From the human T2T-CHM13v2.0 reference genome, Homo sapiens, in the NCBI RefSeq assembly GCF_009914755.1, contig NC_060940.1: DNA of 64,000 bases; one strand, given 5' to 3'. Positions within the stretch are counted from its first letter, which is position 1. Each line of letters opens with the position of its first letter. A model generated the notes under the pieces. The model saw only the letters and a list, made by a program, of their open reading frames with translations. It did no database searches and was not told where the DNA came from. The position numbers and the translations under genes were made by a program. Below, piece after piece: positions 58,526 through 64,000 of this stretch.

Positions 58526-61500
58526 TTTAATGAATCCATTGGTTTCAATTCTATGATGATTACATTGGATTCCATTCGTTGATGATTTCATTCGGTTCCA
58601 TTCAATGATGATTCCATTCAATTCCTTTCAATGTTTCCATTCAATTCCATACGATGATGATTCCATTTGATTTGATTCGACAGTGAGCCATTCGATTCAA
58701 TTCCATGATGATTCTATTTGATTCAATTGGTGGACATTTCCATTCGATTCCATTCGATGATGATTCCGTTTGATTCCGTTCAAAGATGATTCCATTCTAG
58801 CCCATTCAATCATTCCATTCGATTCTATTCAATGATGATTCCATTCATGTCGATTTGGTGATTCCATTTGACTTCATTTGATGATGATTCCTTTCAAGTT
58901 CATTAGATGATTCCATTCGATTCCATTTGATGATGATCCCATTCGAGTCCATTCAGTGATTCCATTCGTTTCCATTCCATGATGATTCCATTCCTTTCCA
59001 TTCAATGATTTCATTCGATTCCGTTTGATGATGATTTCATTCGAGTCCATTTGATGATTCCATTTGATTCCATTCGATGATGATTCCATTCGAGTCCATT
59101 CGATGATTCTATTCGAATCCATTTGATGATTTCTTTTGATTATATTTGGTGATGATTCCATTGGAGTCCATTCAATGATTCCATTCTATTCCAATCGATG
59201 ATGATTCCATTAGAGTCCATTTAATGATTCCATTTGATTCCAGTCTCTGATGATTACATTCGAGTCCATACGATGATTCCACTCAATTCCATATGATGAT
59301 GATTCCATTTGATTCCATTCGGTGATTCCGTTCTATTCTATTCAATGGTGATTCCATTCGAGTACATTAGATGATTCCATTCGATTCCATTCAATGATGA
59401 TTCTATTTGTGTCCCTTAGATGATTCCACATGATTCCATTAGATGATGATACTATTTGAGCCCATCCAATGATTCCCTTCGATTCCATTCGATGAGGATT
59501 CCATTCGATTCAATTCATTGGTGATTCTATTCAATTCAATTCTTTGATTCCATTCCATTCCATTCGACAATGATTCCATTCGATTTCTTTCGATGATTCC
59601 ACTCGATTCCACTTGACATTGATTCCATTCGATTCCATTCAATGATTCCATTTGATTCCAGTGGATGATGATTGCCATCGATTCCATTTGATCACTCCAT
59701 TCTATTCCATTTGATGATGATTACATTCGATTCCATTTGATGATTCCATCTGATTCTATTCGAGGATTCCATTTGATTCCATTCGATGATGATTCCATTC
59801 GAGTCCATTCGATGATTTCATTCGAGTACATCCAATGATTCCATTCGAGTCCATTAGATGATTCCATTTGATTCCATTTGAAAATGATTCTACTAGAGTC
59901 CATTCAATGACTCCATTCGAGTCCATTCAACAATTCCATTCGACTCCATTCGATGATTCCATTCGATTCCATTTGATGGTTCCATTCGAGTCCATTTAAT
60001 CATTACAGTCGAGTCCATTTGGTGATTCCACTGGATTTCTTTTGATAATGATACCATTCAATTACATTTGATGATGATCCCATTCAATTTCATTTGATGA
60101 TGATTCCATTAGAGTCCATTCGATGATTTCATTCGAGTCCCTTCATTGATTCCATCCGATTTCATTGGATGATGACTCCATTCGAGTCCATTCGATGATT
60201 CCACTCGATTCCATTAGATGACTCCATTGGAGTCCATTTGATTGTTCCATTCGATTCCATTCGATTCCTTTCGAAGATTATTCCATTTGAGTCCATTCGA
60301 TGATGATTCCATTCCATTCCATTCGATGATTCCGTTTGATTCCATTCGATGATTCCCTTCGATTCCTTTCTTTGATGATTCCATTCCATTCCATTCAATG
60401 ATTCCATTCGAATCTATTCCATGATGATTCCTTTCGATTCCATTCGCTGATGTTTCCGTTCAATTCCATTCGATGATGATTCCATTCGATTCCATTCATT
60501 GAGGATTCCATTTGATTCCATTCAATGATGATTCCATTCTATTCCATTCAATGATTGCATTCAATTCCATTCAATGATTATCCCCTTAGAGTAAACTCAA
60601 CGATTCCATTCAATACCATTCGATGATGATTCCTTTTGAGTCCATTCAATGATTTCATTCAAGTCCATTTGATGATTCCTTTCAATTCCATTCTATGATG
60701 ATTCCATTCGAGTCCATTCGATGATTCCATTCGATTGCATTCGATGATTCCATTATATTCCAGTCAACGATGATTCCATTCGAGTCCATTCGATGATTCC
60801 ATTAGAGTACATTTAATGATTGCTTTGTTTTCAATTCGAAGATGATTACATTGGATTCCATTCTATGATACCATTCGATTCCATTCAATGATGATTCCAC
60901 TCAAATCCATTGGATGATTCCATTCGTGTCCATTCGGTGATTTCATTAGATTCCATTCGAGGATGATTCCATTCGATTCCATTCGATGATTCCATTCAAT
61001 TCCATTCGATGATGATTCCATTCCAGTCCATATGATCATTCCATTTGATTTCATTCGATGATGATTCCATTCGATTCGATTCGACGATTCCATTCTATTC
61101 CATTCGATGATGATTCCATTCGAGTCCATTCGATCATTCCATTCGAGTCCATTTAATGATTCCATTGGGTTCAATTCAATGATGATTACATTGGATTCCG
61201 TTCTATGATTCCATTCAATTCCGTTCATTGACAATTTGATTCCATTCGATGATGATTCCATTTGAGTTCATTCGATGATTCTATTCGATTCTCTTCGATG
61301 GTGATTCAATTCTATTATATTGGATGATTCCATTCGATTCCATTTGATGTTGATTCAATTCGATTCTATTCGATGATGATTCCATTGGATTTCACTTGAT
61401 GATTCTATTCGATTCCATTCAATGATGATTCACTTCTCGTCCATTGGATGATTCCATTTCATTCCATTCGATGATGATTCCATTCGATTCCATTCGATGA

Positions 61501-64000
61501 TTCCATTTGATTCCATGCGACGGTGAGCAATTCGATTCAATTCCATGATGATTCTATTTGATTCAATTAGATGATGTTTCCATTCGAATCCATTCCATGA
61601 TTATTCCATTGGAATCCATTCGGCGATGATTCCATATGAGTCAATTCAATGATGATTCCATATGGGTCCGTTCGATGATAATTCCATTTGATTTCATTCG
61701 ATGCTTCTATTCTATTCCAGTCGATGATGATTCCGTTGGAGTCCATACGATGATTCCACTTGATTTCATTTGATGATGATTCCATTCGATGATGATTACA
61801 TTGGATTCCATTCTATGATTCCATTCAATTCCATTCGTTGATGATTCGATTCCATTCAATGATGATTCCATTTGAGTTCATTCGATGATTCTATTTGATT
61901 CCGTTCGATGGTGATTCAATTCTATTATATTGGATGATTCCACTCGATTCCATTTGATGATTATTCCATTGGAGTCCACTTAGTGAATCCTTTAGATTCT
62001 ACTCGACGATGATTCCATTCGAGTCCATTCGATGATACCATTCAATTCCATTCGTTGATGCTTCCATTCAAGTGCATTCGATGATATCATTCGATTCCAT
62101 TTGATGATAATTCCATTTGATTCCATGCGATGATTCTATTCGATTCCATTCAATGATAATTCCATTCAATTCAGTGATTCCTCTGGACTCCATTTGATGA
62201 TGATTCCATTCAATGATTCCATTCGATTCTATTCGAAAATGATTCCATTTGAATCCATTTGATGATGATTCCATTAGATTCCATTTGATGATTCCATTCG
62301 ATTCCATTCGGCGATGATTCCATTCGATTCCGTTTGATGATTCCATTCTATTCTATTCGATGATGATTCCATTCGATTCCATTCGATGATGATTGGATTC
62401 GATTCCATTTGATGATTTCATTTGATTCCATTCGTTAATGATTTCGATCAATTCCATTCGATGATTCCATTCGATTCCATTCGATAATGATTACATCCGA
62501 GTCCATTCGATGATTCCCTTTGAGCCTGTTCGATAATTCCATTTGAGTCCAACCAATGATTCCATTCATTTCCATTCAATGATTCCATTCGAGTCCATTT
62601 GATCATTCCGGTAGGGTCCATTCGATGTTGATTCCATTGGAGTGCATTCGATGATTCCATTCGAGTCCATTTTAGGATTTGATTCGAGTCCTTTCGATGA
62701 TTCCATTCGATTCCACTCGATGATGATTTCATTCGAGTCCATTCGACACTTCCAATCGATTCCATTTGATGATTCCATTCGAGTCCTATTGATGATTCCA
62801 TTCAATTCCATTCGATGATGATTCCGTACGATTCCATTCTGTGATGATTCCATGTGATTGCATTCAATGATGATTCCTTTCGATTGCATTCGATTATGAT
62901 TCATTTCGTGTTCATTCTATGGTTCCACAGGTTTCCATTCGTGTCCATTCCATTATTCCATTCTATTCCATTTGATGATGATTCCATTCGATTCCATTCA
63001 TTGGTGATTCCACTCAATTCCATTCAATGATTCCATTCCATTTCTTTCAACAATGATTCCATTAGTTTCTAATCGATGATCCACTTGATTCCATTTGACG
63101 ACGATTCCATTCTTGTCCATTCGATGATTCCATTTGATTCCATATGATGATGATTCCATTCGATTCCATACGATGATGATTCCATTCGAGTCCATTCAAT
63201 GGTGATTCCATTCAATTCCATTCGATGATTCCTTTCGATTCCATTCGATGATGATGGCATTCGATTCCTTTCAATCATTCCCTTTGATTCCATTCAAAGG
63301 TGATTTCATTCAAGTCCATTCGATAATTGCATTCGATTCCATTCTATGATGATTCCATTCGAGTCCATTTGATGATTCCATTCAATTCAAGTCAATGATG
63401 ATTCCATTCGATTCCATTCGATGATTCCATTGGATTCCATTCGATGATGATTCCATTCAAATCCATTCGATAATTCAATTCAAGTCCATTCGATGATGAT
63501 TCCAATCGAATCCATTCAAAGATTCCATTCAGTTCCATTCGATGATTCCCTTAGATTCCATTCGATGATTCCACTTGATTGCATTTACGATGATTCCATT
63601 CGATTCCATGTGATGATTCCATTCAATTCTATTCAATGATGTCTCCATTTGATTCCATTCGACCATGATTGCCTTTGATTCCATTCAATGATTCCATTCG
63701 GTTCCGTTTGATGATGATTCCGTTCGATTCCATTTGATGATTCCATTTGATTCCATTGGATGAGTCCATTCGATTACATTCGATGATTATTCCATTCGAG
63801 TGCATTAGATGATTCCATTCGAGTCCATTCGATGATTCCATTCGATTCCATTCGATGTTGATTCTGTTCAAATCCATTCGATGATTCCACTCGATTCCAT
63901 TCGTTGACTCCATTTGATCCCATTCGATGATTTCCTTTGATTCCCTTTGATGATCATTCCATTTGATTCAATTCGGTGATTTCATTTGATTCCATTCAGT
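58526..64000 (+). repeat. HSat2 unit 9 (partial, 5475 bp, runs off the window)
   Basis: Constant offset of 58525 relative to unit 1 (349->58874, 5104->63629). Confidence 0.93.

Larger units (their letters stand above)
1..64000 (+). repeat. Human Satellite 2 (HSat2/HSATII) tandem array, probably HSat2B (chr16q11.2-type, ~6.1-kb unit)
   Basis: Continuous degenerate CATTC pentamers with abundant CATTCGATTC, GATGATTCCATTCGA and GAGTCCATT, forming 23/26-bp sub-repeats typical of HSat2 rather than pure (CATTC)n HSat3. ORF-track translations recur at exactly 6112 bp (349, 6461, 12573, 18685). The subfamily and chromosome assignment rests on recalled unit size only. Confidence 0.95.

Noticed and set aside
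349-63913. Over 150 minus-strand ORFs with MESSSNGIEWNH-like repeats
   Set aside because: They are translations of the GAATG/ATCATC strand of the satellite, which is ATG-rich and stop-poor. They are short, recur with the repeat, and are gained or lost by single SNPs between units, with no sign of coding constraint.
1-64000. CRISPR-like array suggested by 23-26 bp periodic repeats
   Set aside because: There are no unique spacers, leader or cas genes; the sequence between repeats is the same satellite.
1-64000. HSat3/DYZ1, alpha satellite or CENP-B boxes
   Set aside because: Pure (CATTC)n runs are only about three copies long, CATTCGATTC and GATGAT dominate, and there is no 171-bp or 3.6-kb period.
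1-64000. Inversions or transposon insertions (L1/Alu)
   Set aside because: No switch to GAATG on the + strand, poly(A) tail or non-satellite segment was seen. All length changes are explained by satellite-internal indels.

Overview
The whole 64 kb window is one uninterrupted tandem array of a diverged CATTC-based satellite rich in CATTCGATTC and GATGAT. This is Human Satellite 2 (HSat2/HSATII), all in the CATTC orientation on the + strand. It has a 6,112-bp repeat unit, the size I recall for HSat2B of human chr16q11.2 (from memory, not checked). There are no credible genes, RNA genes or transposons; every ORF in the track is a translation of the satellite. The interest is structural. Taking window position 1 as the unit start, units begin at 1, 6113, 12225, 18337, 24439, 30541, 36555, 43202 and 58526, with lengths 6112, 6112, 6112, 6102, 6102, 6014, 6647, 15324 and a partial final unit. 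Variants include a shared 10-bp deletion, 98-bp and 26-bp deletions, and a 3,076-bp sub-array defined by one junction seen four times with linked variants. There is also a doubly rearranged unit (net +535 bp) and a short divergent tract resembling gene conversion. I found no evidence of a novel coding system.
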